Virus record (IMG/VR): IMGVR_UViG_3300042904_000107 | Coordinates: 33,145 to 97,144 of that record | Length of the DNA stretch: 64,000 nucleotides | Strand: one strand, 5' to 3' | Source: a virus | Shown: piece by piece, positions 1 through 9,804 of the stretch | Numbering within the stretch: the stretch's first letter is position 1 | How the letters are laid out: the number at the start of each line of letters is the position of its first letter | The notes under the pieces: model-generated | The model's database searches: none | What the model was told of the DNA's origin: nothing | What the model saw: the letters and a program-made list of their open reading frames with translations, nothing else | Position numbers and translations under genes: made by a program

Positions 1-272
1 ACCAGGGAGATCTCTTGATCCCTTCAGCTTATCTTTCAAGGACAGCCAGTAGCGAACGGTCTCAACAACAGTCTTTTCCATTTATAAACTCTTCCATGGG
101 GGGTACCGAGTCCCGATTGTCCACGGTACCCTCACCTCTCCCGGAACTGACGGACTTTACTTCCGGTTATATCCCGCCAGCGTTCAAAAAGGTGCGTGCT
201 AATTTATTGATCGTCTTCCTACACCACGCCAAGATTTACTACTCCGAGTCGGTAGGGCACTTACCGACTGAA

Positions 273-347
273 TGGTACTCCCGCAAGGAGTTGAACCCTG
301 ATCCACGGCTTAGAAGGCCGGTGCCCTGTCCATTGGACGACGGGAGC
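273..347 (-). tRNA. tRNA-Arg(UCU)
   Basis: GCTCCCG..CGGGAGT-ACCA acceptor; anticodon loop CT-TCT-AA; GTTCAAC T-loop. Confidence 0.9.
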
Positions 348-355
348 GTGACTGG

Positions 356-568
356 TTAGAGGTTGTCGCCTAGGTCGCGGGCGTCTTCGGCTTCCGAGAT
401 CAGTTGGCGAGCCGTGTCGAAATCACCATCGTCGATGGCGTCCTTTGCGGCCTCTCCGAGAGCCTCGACCAGATTGTTGATGGCGCTCTGGACCTCTTGT
501 TTGGCGTCCTCGACCGGATTCGAATACGAAGCCGCTGAAGGGAACTGGGTATTTCTGTCGTAACACAT
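356..568 (-). CDS. small acidic hypothetical protein
   Basis: ORF; ATG at 568 preceded by GGAGG. Confidence 0.6.
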   Translation of the reverse strand: MCYDRNTQFPSAASYSNPVEDAKQEVQSAINNLVEALGEAAKDAIDDGDFDTARQLISEAEDARDLGDNL

Positions 569-671
569 GATGTAATTAGCCTCCAGCACCGCCAATAGCG
601 GTGCGCTTGTGGACCCGCAACCTGTGACCCGTGCGGTGGTCTTCTACGCTTCTACAGCGCATCCACAAGAA

Positions 672-765
672 TGGCGGAGAGGCGGGGTCTTGAACCCCGA
701 CGCCCGTTTAGGGCTCACTGTTTTCAAGACAGTAGCCGCTAGGCCGAAACTCGGCTTACCTCCCC
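672..765 (-). tRNA. tRNA-Ser(UGA)
   Basis: GGGGAGG..CCTCTCC-GCCA; ACTGT-CTTGAAA-ACAGT anticodon arm; long variable arm. Confidence 0.85.
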
Positions 766-770
766 GAACT

Positions 771-983
771 TTATTCCTGAATGTCAAAGATGTGGTCCGC
801 TAGGTGCCTACCAGAACTGAGGTCGATTCGTGCTTTTCGACCGCTATTGTAGGTTCCCGAAACCACGGGTGCTGCAAATCCGGACAAAGAGCTTGGCTCG
901 ATAGCTTCAATCGTTAAAACCAGCCCTTCACGAACAACGATTTTGTCACCAACGGCTAACTCAATCGCTTTTTTCTGTATCAT
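771..983 (-). CDS. small hypothetical protein (SH3/KOW-like pattern)
   Basis: ORF behind TTGACA-17-TAGAAT promoter (~996-1024). Confidence 0.55.
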   Translation of the reverse strand: MIQKKAIELAVGDKIVVREGLVLTIEAIEPSSLSGFAAPVVSGTYNSGRKARIDLSSGRHLADHIFDIQE

Positions 984-1025
984 TTCAGTAAACCCATTCT
1001 AACACAACAGTTTTGGCCTGTCAAG

Positions 1026-1271
1026 CTAGACCACTTTCTCTTCTTCCATTACCGCTAAAACCGACGAATTTCTTTCTTTGGCCATTTGAACTATAAATTC
1101 TGCCATCGGTTTTGCGAGGCGCTCCTCTGCACGGAGCGCCTCCACCTGTTCTTCTTCTGGCAGAAATTGCAAAGCGTTAAGACGTCCGTAACGGCATGTA
1201 TTGGTATCTTGATTATGCTTGTTCTTACTGTTTCCAGTGGCGCAAGCTTTGCAGATCTCTTGTTCTGTCAT
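1026..1271 (-). CDS. hypothetical protein (CxxC)
   Basis: ORF between tRNAs. Confidence 0.5.
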   Translation of the reverse strand: MTEQEICKACATGNSKNKHNQDTNTCRYGRLNALQFLPEEEQVEALRAEERLAKPMAEFIVQMAKERNSSVLAVMEEEKVV

Positions 1272-1280
1272 TTGTATTTA

Positions 1281-1369
1281 TGGCGGAAGATGGAGGGATT
1301 GAACCTCCGCGTCCCGTTAGGATGGCCTCAGTTTAGCAAACTGGCACATTACCACTCTGTCAATCTTCC
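1281..1369 (-). tRNA. tRNA-Ser(GCU)
   Basis: GGAAGAT..ATCTTCC-GCCA; CAGT-TTGCTAA-ACTG anticodon arm; long variable arm. Confidence 0.9.
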
Positions 1370-1377
1370 GATCCTAT

Positions 1378-1644
1378 TTAGATGCGAAAAAATGCGCGCG
1401 CTTCCGGAGTGAGTGTAGATTCCGGAACAACGAGAGAACGATCCGGTCTCTGAAGGGTAACACGATGCGTCCAATGCGAACTGGGACGGTAAATCGACAA
1501 GGTTAATGAATGTTGTGGTTGATTAGTCCAACCAACAAGCCTGCTGGTGACCTTCGTTACACGCCCGATCTTCATACCTCGCGTGGATGCATATGCAACG
1601 AACGCACCCAACGTAATCTCTCTTCCTTGTGAATCCTTAAACAT
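1378..1644 (-). CDS. hypothetical phage protein
   Basis: ORF with a D..G..I..G.FVAY start typical of small phage SH3-like proteins. Confidence 0.55.
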   Translation of the reverse strand: MFKDSQGREITLGAFVAYASTRGMKIGRVTKVTSRLVGWTNQPQHSLTLSIYRPSSHWTHRVTLQRPDRSLVVPESTLTPEARAFFRI

Positions 1645-1661
1645 AACCAAATTTCCTTAAG

Positions 1662-2039
1662 TTAGATTCGAACTTCCTTGAGTTCTACGGGAACGACTTT
1701 CTTTTTCTTCCACTCGTCCTTCTCGTCTTCCTCCATCACAACAAGACCACGATCCCAAATGTACCGAGCTAAACCTTTCATATCATGCTTGTCGGACATG
1801 TACTTGTTCGTGTTCAGTAGTCGCGAAAGTGTGTTATAGTCGATATCTTCTTGAATTACCAGAATGACACGACCAGTATTGTCTTTAATCTTCCCGATGT
1901 ATTTTCCGGGTTTATCAGAGACTTCATACGTCCATTTTCTGATATTTCCAACAGTCTGCTCTTTCTTTTTATCCAGAAGAGCCTTAATCTTCTTACGAGC
2001 CATGTTATTATCTATTGCAATACCATCGAACACCGTCAA
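1662..2039 (-). CDS. hypothetical protein
   Basis: ORF; start uncertain. Confidence 0.5.
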   Translation of the reverse strand: MTVFDGIAIDNNMARKKIKALLDKKKEQTVGNIRKWTYEVSDKPGKYIGKIKDNTGRVILVIQEDIDYNTLSRLLNTNKYMSDKHDMKGLARYIWDRGLVVMEEDEKDEWKKKKVVPVELKEVRI

Positions 2040-2230
2040 TGGCTTTCTGGTCCCAATTCAACATCGCCTTTTCCCATTGTTCGCGGGTTAGGTCTTCTTG
2101 GCCGGCGCGGTTGCGTATGTGATTTATACGAATGACGATATCGTCAGTAAGCCATGAAAGGTCCGGCTTCAGCCGTTTCTTTGACATGATATTTTATTAG
2201 TTACTCCAAAGGGCCGAAGCCCTTAGATGG

Positions 2231-3208
2231 TCACTTCTTTTTCTTACCTTCAAGGTAATCGATGGACACGGCCTTGAGAATCAACCGACCGTGCAGGCGG
2301 TCACTGAAGCGCTCGATTACCGGCTTGATGACGACACCTTCTCGGATATGCGCTGCGCCAGGTAACGTGCTTTCCCCGTTCATCAATTTCTCAACCACTT
2401 CGTGACTGTACGGGCCACGATATAGGACAGGCACCAGAAAATCAGACTTGGCACCACCAAGGGCGTCGTCGTAGTTAAGGAAACGACCGTCAGCATAAAC
2501 ATCAAAGGCCCTAAAGCCATAAGGAACCTTCTGGTTGAGTCCGTAGTTATATCCTTTTTGAACAGCACCGAAAATCTCCCCATATAGAATCACATTCGGA
2601 TTGAGTTGGCAGAACACTTTGATCCACGGCACCAGATCGAGAATGCGCCAGAAAACGTTGTCGCCTTCTTTGACCCAGTGATTACGGCTACCGGCGTACA
2701 TCTTTCCGTCTTGATAGGTGAAGCGGCTGTTCATTCCGTGAATCTTCTCGGTAATGACGACCTCTTCTCCTTCTTGAAATACGTTGCGGTATTTCTGCCA
2801 GGACTCGATATCGTAAATCACGCCGCGCATTGGAGGCGGTGACTCGTGATTACCCATTGCGGCATTCACCACACTGGACAGTTCAGGCTCGTAGTGTACG
2901 ATACCGAGTTTCTCGGCTACATCATCACCGATCTCAGCGCCTTCTGGTGCCGGAACCAGCATACCGTAACTCTCAATACCGCGGAGCCTCTTCGCCTTGA
3001 TTTTGACCTTACCTTCTAAGAAGGCGAACTGTTCGGTGTCGGGAACGACCGAGTCAGGCGGAATGTATGCTCCTCGATCTTTGCCTTCCCAATCAGCGGT
3101 ACGGACGCAAACGGTGTAACCATCAAACACCTTAACAACCGAAAGGCTGTCAGCATTGGGATGCTTCTCCAGGCTCACTGGGACCACTTCTACTCTGAAT
3201 GTTGCCAT
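2231..3208 (-). CDS. RNA ligase, DRB0094/Rnl2-like family with N-terminal OB domain
   Basis: HPNADSL N-terminus, TEKIHG motif I, LYGE, REGVVIKP, LKAVS; SD GGAGG before ATG 3208. Confidence 0.85.
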   Translation of the reverse strand: MATFRVEVVPVSLEKHPNADSLSVVKVFDGYTVCVRTADWEGKDRGAYIPPDSVVPDTEQFAFLEGKVKIKAKRLRGIESYGMLVPAPEGAEIGDDVAEKLGIVHYEPELSSVVNAAMGNHESPPPMRGVIYDIESWQKYRNVFQEGEEVVITEKIHGMNSRFTYQDGKMYAGSRNHWVKEGDNVFWRILDLVPWIKVFCQLNPNVILYGEIFGAVQKGYNYGLNQKVPYGFRAFDVYADGRFLNYDDALGGAKSDFLVPVLYRGPYSHEVVEKLMNGESTLPGAAHIREGVVIKPVIERFSDRLHGRLILKAVSIDYLEGKKKK

Positions 3209-3329
3209 TGGTATTCCTCCAGTCCAGATAAGCGCATTCGCACTTATTGGAACAAAATACAGGTTCTGAAGGAAGACCGCACCAAGCACAGAGTCCGGTG
3301 AACCGGGTCACTTCAAGTATTAAACTCAT
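3150..3329 (-). CDS. small Zn-finger-like protein (CAWC..FCSNKC)
   Basis: hand-translated 59-aa ORF overlapping the ligase start. Confidence 0.45.
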   Translation of the reverse strand: MSLILEVTRFTGLCAWCGLPSEPVFCSNKCECAYLDWRNTNGNIQSRSGPSEPGEASQC

Positions 3330-3345
3330 CCTTAGGCTCGGAGCC

Positions 3346-3510
3346 TTATTGGATTCCGAGAACCCATTCGAGGACGCTAATTTTGGTTTTCAGTTCCAAT
3401 ATATGGTCTCGGTCGGCCAAATAGTTACTGTGTGCATACAGCCTCTTTGCTAGTTCCAAGTCAAATCGACAGGTTTCGAGGCGGCGTTGAATTCTCTCTT
3501 CTGTTTTCAT
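3346..3510 (-). CDS. small hypothetical protein (MKTEERIQRRLE...)
   Basis: hand-translated 54-aa ORF with GAGGA SD. Confidence 0.5.
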   Translation of the reverse strand: MKTEERIQRRLETCRFDLELAKRLYAHSNYLADRDHILELKTKISVLEWVLGIQ

Positions 3511-3876
3511 TCCTCTGTCCTTACGACAAGCTCAAAATCGGTGACGTCCTCGGCTTGGTTGCTTTAAATTCACTTGCAATGGGCTACACAGTTATGATAG
3601 CAAATGTCAAGTGGTTTGTCAATCTAGGCCACAATTTTCTTGTGCCAAATTTTGAGGATATCAAATCATATACAGCCAAAAGATTATTTGCTCACTTTTT
3701 GATGTGGATATTAGAGTTTAAGCACTCACACCCCTACTATTAACTAGAGAATGTGGCCTAGTGTCTGGGATCGTCAGGGTTGAGCACTCTACAAATGACA
3801 ACGCCCCACCTTTTGACGGGTGGGGCGTAAATCCGCAGATGCGATCTGCGGAGATGAAATTATATTGTGGCCTAAA

Positions 3877-4116
3877 TTACTCGTTTGGATCGCCGGTTGT
3901 GGCGTTCCAATCTAACATGTTTTGGGCTGTGAAGTTAGCATTAGGGAAAGTACCCCCGTCTGTCCAAACTCCTTGGTCCGCCAGGAAGATCTTATCGTTT
4001 GCTTGATTAACGACAACGAACCCATCGGGTGCGCCGGTCTCGGCACCAAGTGTTCGATCTTTGTTGACGACCCGGTAGCCCGTTCCGTGAATGATATCAA
4101 GTGGCATAACAGCCAC
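3877..4116 (-). CDS. hypothetical protein, possibly late-expressed
   Basis: TAAATA immediately upstream; GC hairpin downstream at ~3800-3828. Confidence 0.5.
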   Translation of the reverse strand: MAVMPLDIIHGTGYRVVNKDRTLGAETGAPDGFVVVNQANDKIFLADQGVWTDGGTFPNANFTAQNMLDWNATTGDPNE

Positions 4117-4122
4117 TATTTA

Positions 4123-4395
4123 TCACTTTACGGAGATCGTAACGTCCACGACACGATAACCGTATATCTGGTCGATGTCGCCCCAATAGTTGTCCAATTT
4201 TGTGAAGGAGGGTAGTTCGATGATCTCGTCGTCGCCCTTGATATACAGCTTCGACTTACCTTTCTGGGTGGGAGATCCGACGAAGAAGACACCGCAAGGA
4301 ATATCATGGGTTCGAAACGATTCGACCGGAACCTGAGTCAAGTCAACGGTCACTTTGGAGGAATTCTTTGTTGCCATAATGTATCTCTTTCTCAC
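4123..4395 (-). CDS. hypothetical protein
   Basis: ORF. Confidence 0.5.
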   Translation of the reverse strand: MRKRYIMATKNSSKVTVDLTQVPVESFRTHDIPCGVFFVGSPTQKGKSKLYIKGDDEIIELPSFTKLDNYWGDIDQIYGYRVVDVTISVK

Positions 4396-4588
4396 GTTTG
4401 AATTGTACTACTCCGAGCGCCCGAAGGCGCTGTATTCTACTTTTTATCCGGTAAGAATGTTGACCGAAACCGCAAACCTTCAACTGCGACGTCGGCGTTG
4501 GACTTTGCGTTCCAGTCATCGGAGCCGGCTCGTATAGTGGTAACGAAGACCAGCTTCCAAAACTCTTTCTCTTCCTCGTTGTTGAATT

Positions 4589-6103
4589 TCATACGTCTCT
4601 AGACCATGAGGCGCCGACCACTCGCTTTCCGTAATCGGTTGTCCCAACTCTTTCTCGGATGTAAGTCAGACTGTACTCGTTGGTCAACACCCCGTCCAGG
4701 AAAACAGTGACGAGGTGGTCGCCAAAATGATTGATGAACGGATCGATGAGCGACGACACAGTGTGGAACTTCTTGTCATTGCCGTTCTGAAAAACGACTT
4801 TGTGGACACCGCGCTTACTGCCCTTACCCTTATCACCGACTGGGTCTTTGTACACATCGTACCAGACGCCGTTGATTCGGATCGCGGAGCACTTGAAGGC
4901 GAACTTCAACGTGTCGCGGTCGACGCCTTGCAGCAACTTACCACCCATCCCGAAACAAGCCATGTTGTCGATTGACCAACCAGCATCAGTGATTGCCCGA
5001 CACAGAGCGCGGATGGTGTGAATGTTCATACCATCACCCTGAAGGAGCCGAACGAACTGCGGTAGCACTTTGTAGCCCTTGCGGTTCGTCTCATAGCCGA
5101 AGCGATCACCGAGGATTTCAAGCAACTTCAAGATGGTTGGGATGATTTCACCGGAGTCGGGGCGAACGACAACCGTACCATTTCGCGATGCGACTTCCGC
5201 TTTCAATTCGCGTCCGAAGATTTCGCTACAGGCATTGAAAATGTCGTAGCTGTCCGAGACAATCGAAACGATGCCCGTCGGATAGCTTTGGAGCATGTTC
5301 GCGTAGGCTTGTGCCTCTCTGTCGCGACCCCATGAGGTGATTGTCGAGTGCTCGGCTGCCGGCACACTGAAACCAGGCATCGAATCGGGACGGTAATACT
5401 TCAGAGCGAGAGACAATCCGACCATTGTGTCGGTACCTCTGAAATTTACCATATGTGCTGCGGCACCGATTGCGGCAGATTCACGAGACGTTGAGCCGCG
5501 TGAACCGAAGTCTTGAAGCATGAAGACCAGTTTGCCTTCGAGAGTTTCGGGATCTCCGCTAAGTTCGAGGTACTCGCGAATGATATCCTTGATCTCAGCG
5601 CTCAATGACGCCACGGTGATTGGATACCACAAGCGCATAAGCATAGTCTCAACATAGTTGACTAGCCAGTAGCACTTCGGATCCGTATTCACTACCGTGA
5701 CCAATGCATTGTGTGTTCCGATTCGCGTGCCTTCCGGAATCGCCTTGATGAGCAACGGAAGGTGCCCACCGTGATGGTCGACAATGTAGCGCCAGCCTTC
5801 TTCGTTGAAGTTTCGCGGATCTCCGCCCATGTGCTCCACGATCATGAGTTTTGCCACGTCGATCATTTCGTGGGTCACGACCGGTCCGGTCAGATACTTC
5901 TTGATGATGTACTGGAGTCCAAACATCACCGTCTTATCGAACTGACCGCCGCGCGATTCGAGGTAGCTGTAGACGTATTCGGTGTCCGGAGGATATTGCA
6001 TCCAGTGGCTCGTTTTGTACGAGTCGCTGTCCAGGATCACGTTGAATAGGAGATCGTCTGGAAGATTCTCTAATTGTTGAAGACTTGTTAATGGGAGCGT
6101 CAT
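4589..6103 (-). CDS. nadV: nicotinamide phosphoribosyltransferase (NAMPT)
   Basis: DSYKTSH, DFGSRG, AAEHS, SDSYD, RPDSG, QGDG, GMGG motifs. Confidence 0.95.
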   Translation of the reverse strand: MTLPLTSLQQLENLPDDLLFNVILDSDSYKTSHWMQYPPDTEYVYSYLESRGGQFDKTVMFGLQYIIKKYLTGPVVTHEMIDVAKLMIVEHMGGDPRNFNEEGWRYIVDHHGGHLPLLIKAIPEGTRIGTHNALVTVVNTDPKCYWLVNYVETMLMRLWYPITVASLSAEIKDIIREYLELSGDPETLEGKLVFMLQDFGSRGSTSRESAAIGAAAHMVNFRGTDTMVGLSLALKYYRPDSMPGFSVPAAEHSTITSWGRDREAQAYANMLQSYPTGIVSIVSDSYDIFNACSEIFGRELKAEVASRNGTVVVRPDSGEIIPTILKLLEILGDRFGYETNRKGYKVLPQFVRLLQGDGMNIHTIRALCRAITDAGWSIDNMACFGMGGKLLQGVDRDTLKFAFKCSAIRINGVWYDVYKDPVGDKGKGSKRGVHKVVFQNGNDKKFHTVSSLIDPFINHFGDHLVTVFLDGVLTNEYSLTYIRERVGTTDYGKRVVGASWSRDV

Positions 6104-7188
6104 AATTTATCCGACCAGGTCCCTTTATCCAGTCCTTCTAGGGACATTTTTGTGTCTGACCAGTTTACGTTTTCAGCCGGAACAGGTCCCGCATAGACCT
6201 TCTTTCCGTCTACATGGTTGAAAGAGAACTTACGGACATCGGTGTACTCGGAAGTCACTTCACCGTGATTCTCATCGCCGCGAAGGCTGTACTTACGGAG
6301 TAATGCGTCAAGCAGCACGTGATGCTCCTTCACGATCATTGCTTCCTCAAGCAGCACCATATCGAACCACTTGACTTCATCCACGTCGTCGCCGGCTCTG
6401 ACGGGTCCGCTCAGATAGTGACCAACATAGAAGATGGTGTAAGCCCCGTCTTTTGTGCCGTTATATCGCCAGTCATCGATGGGAGTGTCATCAACATACT
6501 CCATTTCACCGATGGTGCAACCGGCTTCTTCGGTCACTTCACGCACACCGGCGTGCTTCGCTTTCTCTCCAGGGTTCACGTGTCCCCCGAAAAAGCGCCA
6601 CTGACCTTCGGGATCTTCTTTCTTTCGGCCGAGTAGAACTCGCGCGGCTTTTCTGAAATCGACGACCGCGACGTCCACGCAGAGAGCATGTGATGGATAT
6701 TTGTTTGCCGTGGCATAGATGACACCTCGACGGAAATCTTCCGATGGCCGTACGGTGTGATATGCCTGTTTGCGCGCCAAAGTGGCGTTGATTCCGTGAA
6801 TCTCGTCCAATTCGGCGGTCTGAAACCGACCTGTGTAGTGTGTGATGAAGGAATCGCGGCTGCCGTAGAGCACCACTTTTTCGTGTGGATGTAACAAACG
6901 AATCATTCGGTCGAGATTGTGGGACCAAAGATCGTCGCTCCGAACGTCATTGATTGCCAACACTTCAACACCAGGGTAGGTGTCTTGTAACATCCGATAG
7001 CGCGTGGCGAAATCAAGCGGATTCTTGACAGTCGGAACAACATTCGCAACACCGAGCACGATGGCGAACTTGTTATGTCTTGCCGCGACCGAATCAATCA
7101 ATTCGCGGTGTCCTTCTGTCAGATAGGGTGTCTGGAATCTGGCAACAATAACACCTAAGTCGCCCTCCGGGCCTCTCAAATTGAGCAT
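6100..7188 (-). CDS. bifunctional NMN adenylyltransferase / Nudix ADP-ribose pyrophosphatase (NadM-Nudix, NatV-like)
   Basis: ARFQ..LTEGH, KNPL, YGSRDSF; Nudix box GGHVNPGE..GVREVTEEAG. Confidence 0.9.
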   Translation of the reverse strand: MLNLRGPEGDLGVIVARFQTPYLTEGHRELIDSVAARHNKFAIVLGVANVVPTVKNPLDFATRYRMLQDTYPGVEVLAINDVRSDDLWSHNLDRMIRLLHPHEKVVLYGSRDSFITHYTGRFQTAELDEIHGINATLARKQAYHTVRPSEDFRRGVIYATANKYPSHALCVDVAVVDFRKAARVLLGRKKEDPEGQWRFFGGHVNPGEKAKHAGVREVTEEAGCTIGEMEYVDDTPIDDWRYNGTKDGAYTIFYVGHYLSGPVRAGDDVDEVKWFDMVLLEEAMIVKEHHVLLDALLRKYSLRGDENHGEVTSEYTDVRKFSFNHVDGKKVYAGPVPAENVNWSDTKMSLEGLDKGTWSDKL

Positions 7189-7329
7189 AATAATCCTTAG
7201 AAAGATTCAACTGTTGGCGCACCGTTAAAGGTGACTACCAAACCTGTATGAAGCAGGTAGGTATTGTACGCAGCCAATAAAAGCGTTGTAATCACCAAGA
7301 CGAACAAAACCTTTTGAGTCATTCGATCC

Positions 7330-7533
7330 TCAGAATAAGGCATTTTCGACAGTGAGCACCACCGTCTCTAACTCCTCGTCAACCTCTTCAATCGCTGGTG
7401 TACCCAACGACAATGCGCCGTCCAAGTACTCAATGCGGATCCTGTGTAATTCCGACTTTACAACTCGGAGCGTCTCGCGGAGATTCTCGTTCTCCTGCTC
7501 TAGCTCCAGAACATCTGTCAACTGCCTTGCCAT
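7330..7533 (-). CDS. small coiled-coil hypothetical protein
   Basis: ORF behind TTGACT promoter. Confidence 0.5.
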   Translation of the reverse strand: MARQLTDVLELEQENENLRETLRVVKSELHRIRIEYLDGALSLGTPAIEEVDEELETVVLTVENALF

Positions 7534-7762
7534 GTAATATCTAGTGAAATTCTAATGTAACATATGCGGCCTAGAAAGTCAAGTTAGGCCACAACTTTTT
7601 CTTGGTGCGCTCTGGCAACAAACACAATCACTCCAGAGGTCGTTTCGATAACATGACATGGGTGATTCCATTTTGCCAAAGACCTCGCCTCGTGTAGTGC
7701 CTTCGGAAGGTCAGTGGGATCGCCCTTCTTTTCACCGGTAAGAGTAAAAAAGACTTGATATG

Positions 7763-8413
7763 TCATGCTGTTTTCCATTTATGTGCAGGAATGTAGGTAC
7801 CACTCAGACGTGAAAGCATGTTTTTATTGGTACCGTAAAGATGAAATTCCGGACTACGGGTTAGACGAACAATTTCTTTGTGGCTAAGTTCACGCCGGCG
7901 CTCTTTCGTCTCGGTGTGGTATCGTACCTCACCGACGGGCTCAAACTTACCAGTCTCTTTGTTCCGTTCATGTTGTCGATCACCGACTTGCTTCGTTTCA
8001 ATCCAGTGTTCGTACCAGTCACCGTGTTCGTCTTTGACAAACCAATGTCCGTCTTCAGTGGACACGTAGTTGATCTCGCGCTCCCACGGGCGAGGTTGGT
8101 ACCAACCGCCGTAGCGGGTCGAGTCCTTCTGATATTGGAGAATTCCGTTGGTCGGGTGTACGTAGAGTCCACGCACAGGGTAATCCGCAGCACGACGATA
8201 GGAACGTACTTGGTAGACCTTTCCGTCCTCACCGATATAGCATTCCTTCTCTACGGTCCAATCAATGCGTCTCCGCAATTCGTATCCGTCTTTAGACCGC
8301 AAATCGGCCATGGAACAGAGTTCACTATAAACCTTGTCCCATGGCCGACCGACTTGAGATTCGAGATACCGGCTAAGAGTTGCGCCCCTCAGAAGATCTC
8401 GGATGTTTTTCAT
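7763..8413 (-). CDS. hypothetical protein (LESQVGRPWDKVYSEL type)
   Basis: ORF with GGAG SD. Confidence 0.6.
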   Translation of the reverse strand: MKNIRDLLRGATLSRYLESQVGRPWDKVYSELCSMADLRSKDGYELRRRIDWTVEKECYIGEDGKVYQVRSYRRAADYPVRGLYVHPTNGILQYQKDSTRYGGWYQPRPWEREINYVSTEDGHWFVKDEHGDWYEHWIETKQVGDRQHERNKETGKFEPVGEVRYHTETKERRRELSHKEIVRLTRSPEFHLYGTNKNMLSRLSGTYIPAHKWKTA

Positions 8414-8616
8414 TGTGCTCCGTGGAAATACCGAAGTGTGTTTCGGAGTGATTTTAAATCGTCTTTGGTTTCCGCTTTTCTTGACCGAGCGGCTGTTCTC
8501 AAAACGTTACGCGCGGCAATATGTAATGCGTTGCCGAATTCTAGGCGCGTAGTTTGAAAAATCTTTATTGCTGCTTGAAGGTTCATTCTATCTCGGATTT
8601 ATTAAATTGTCAAGGC

Positions 8617-8841
8617 CTAGATTTTACGCCAACCGGCCTTCGTCACTTCATAAATGGTATCGGACATTTCAATTCGAGCACCGATTCTAGTATCTCGCGT
8701 TTGCAGGAACTCTTGTTCGCGGCGTATCTTAGGATTTTTGAACTTTTCCCAAGGCTTTACATCATTGAGTTCTACTGTTCCTTCAATGGTACTATTTTCT
8801 TCATGCATAATGTTAAACGGTATCCCTGTGGGGTTTTCCAA
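8617..8841 (-). CDS. hypothetical protein
   Basis: ORF overlapping regA end. Confidence 0.45.
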   Translation of the reverse strand: MENPTGIPFNIMHEENSTIEGTVELNDVKPWEKFKNPKIRREQEFLQTRDTRIGARIEMSDTIYEVTKAGWRKI

Positions 8842-9229
8842 TATTGTATTTGGGGATCAACTCCCATTCACCCTTCTCTTTGAATGGTAGGATTTTAATT
8901 TGGTTTATAGGTGCGGTTGGGTATGTGGCCGCTGAGTGCGGGACATTCGCGAGTGTTACTAAACCCCATTCCGCTAGAAGATTTGCAATCGTATTTCGGC
9001 GGGCTCTATCGTCATCTGAAAAGTTAGCCGGCTTACCATCTAAAAGGAACAATTCCTTAAAGTGTACGATATAATATTTCGCCTGCTTATGCAGGATGTG
9101 GCACGACTGGTAAAGCTTCTTTTCTTTTCTTGAGGCAATTCCAATTCTTGTCAGTGTTTCGCGGACTTTCAAAAAGTCATCGTCCGCAGCCAGACGCACC
9201 TCAATCAAATCATTAATGGACAAACTCAT
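8813..9229 (-). CDS. regA: translational repressor RegA
   Basis: DDFLKVRETLTRIGIAS, LYQSCHILHKQ, YYIVHFKELF, W.L.PKYNIG. Confidence 0.97.
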   Translation of the reverse strand: MSLSINDLIEVRLAADDDFLKVRETLTRIGIASRKEKKLYQSCHILHKQAKYYIVHFKELFLLDGKPANFSDDDRARRNTIANLLAEWGLVTLANVPHSAATYPTAPINQIKILPFKEKGEWELIPKYNIGKPHRDTV

Positions 9230-9231
9230 TA

Positions 9232-9654
9232 TCAGGTCTCCTTGTTTTTCTTCTTGGCAAGACCACCTTTACGAAGGCGAGCCTTGATGTATTCTACGTC
9301 TTCAGGAGAAAGTATTTCGAGGGCCGTACGGGCTTTCTTATTCGAATAACCGTAATATTCCTTCACAATCTCCAGGTGCTCAGGATTCTCAGTTTTGATT
9401 CCCTTTCCAAAACGCGACTTCTTCGGTACACCGTGCAAGTAGAATTCATATTGCGGTCTGCCATCAAGCGACGACCGCATATTCATCTCCTGTGCGTAAA
9501 AAACGGTGTCAGGAAAATAACTAAGCACTCTGTTGATTATGTATGTTAGTTTCTTGTAGTCTTTTTCGGACTGCTCCGGATCTATGTCCGGAGACTTCAT
9601 CAGGTTGTTTTTGTTTCGGTTGATGGAATTGAGAAATTCACCAAGTTCCGGCAT
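9232..9654 (-). CDS. clamp loader small subunit (gp62)
   Basis: FLNSIN..K.NLM, IINR.LSYFPDT, VKEYYGYSN.KA; synteny with regA. Confidence 0.92.
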   Translation of the reverse strand: MPELGEFLNSINRNKNNLMKSPDIDPEQSEKDYKKLTYIINRVLSYFPDTVFYAQEMNMRSSLDGRPQYEFYLHGVPKKSRFGKGIKTENPEHLEIVKEYYGYSNKKARTALEILSPEDVEYIKARLRKGGLAKKKNKET

Positions 9655-9804
9655 AATGTATGCGCCTCTCGCGCTTCGTTTCTCACTCGTACTAGTCCGC
9701 AGGTGCAACAGTCGGTATAGTACTGGTCGCAATCTTGCAGATGGGTACGGTACATGTCCAAGGAGTTTGCTGCATTTAAGAGGCGGACCACCGCCTCTCT
9801 TTCT

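Noticed and set aside
672-765. Selenocysteine or opal-suppressor tRNA
   Set aside because: On the coding strand the anticodon is UGA (reads UCA, Ser), not UCA
3210-3560. Possible structured RNA leader upstream of the RNA ligase (TATTGGAAC/GTTCCAATA pairing)
   Set aside because: The interval is filled by two small coupled ORFs; a 9-bp match is weak evidence
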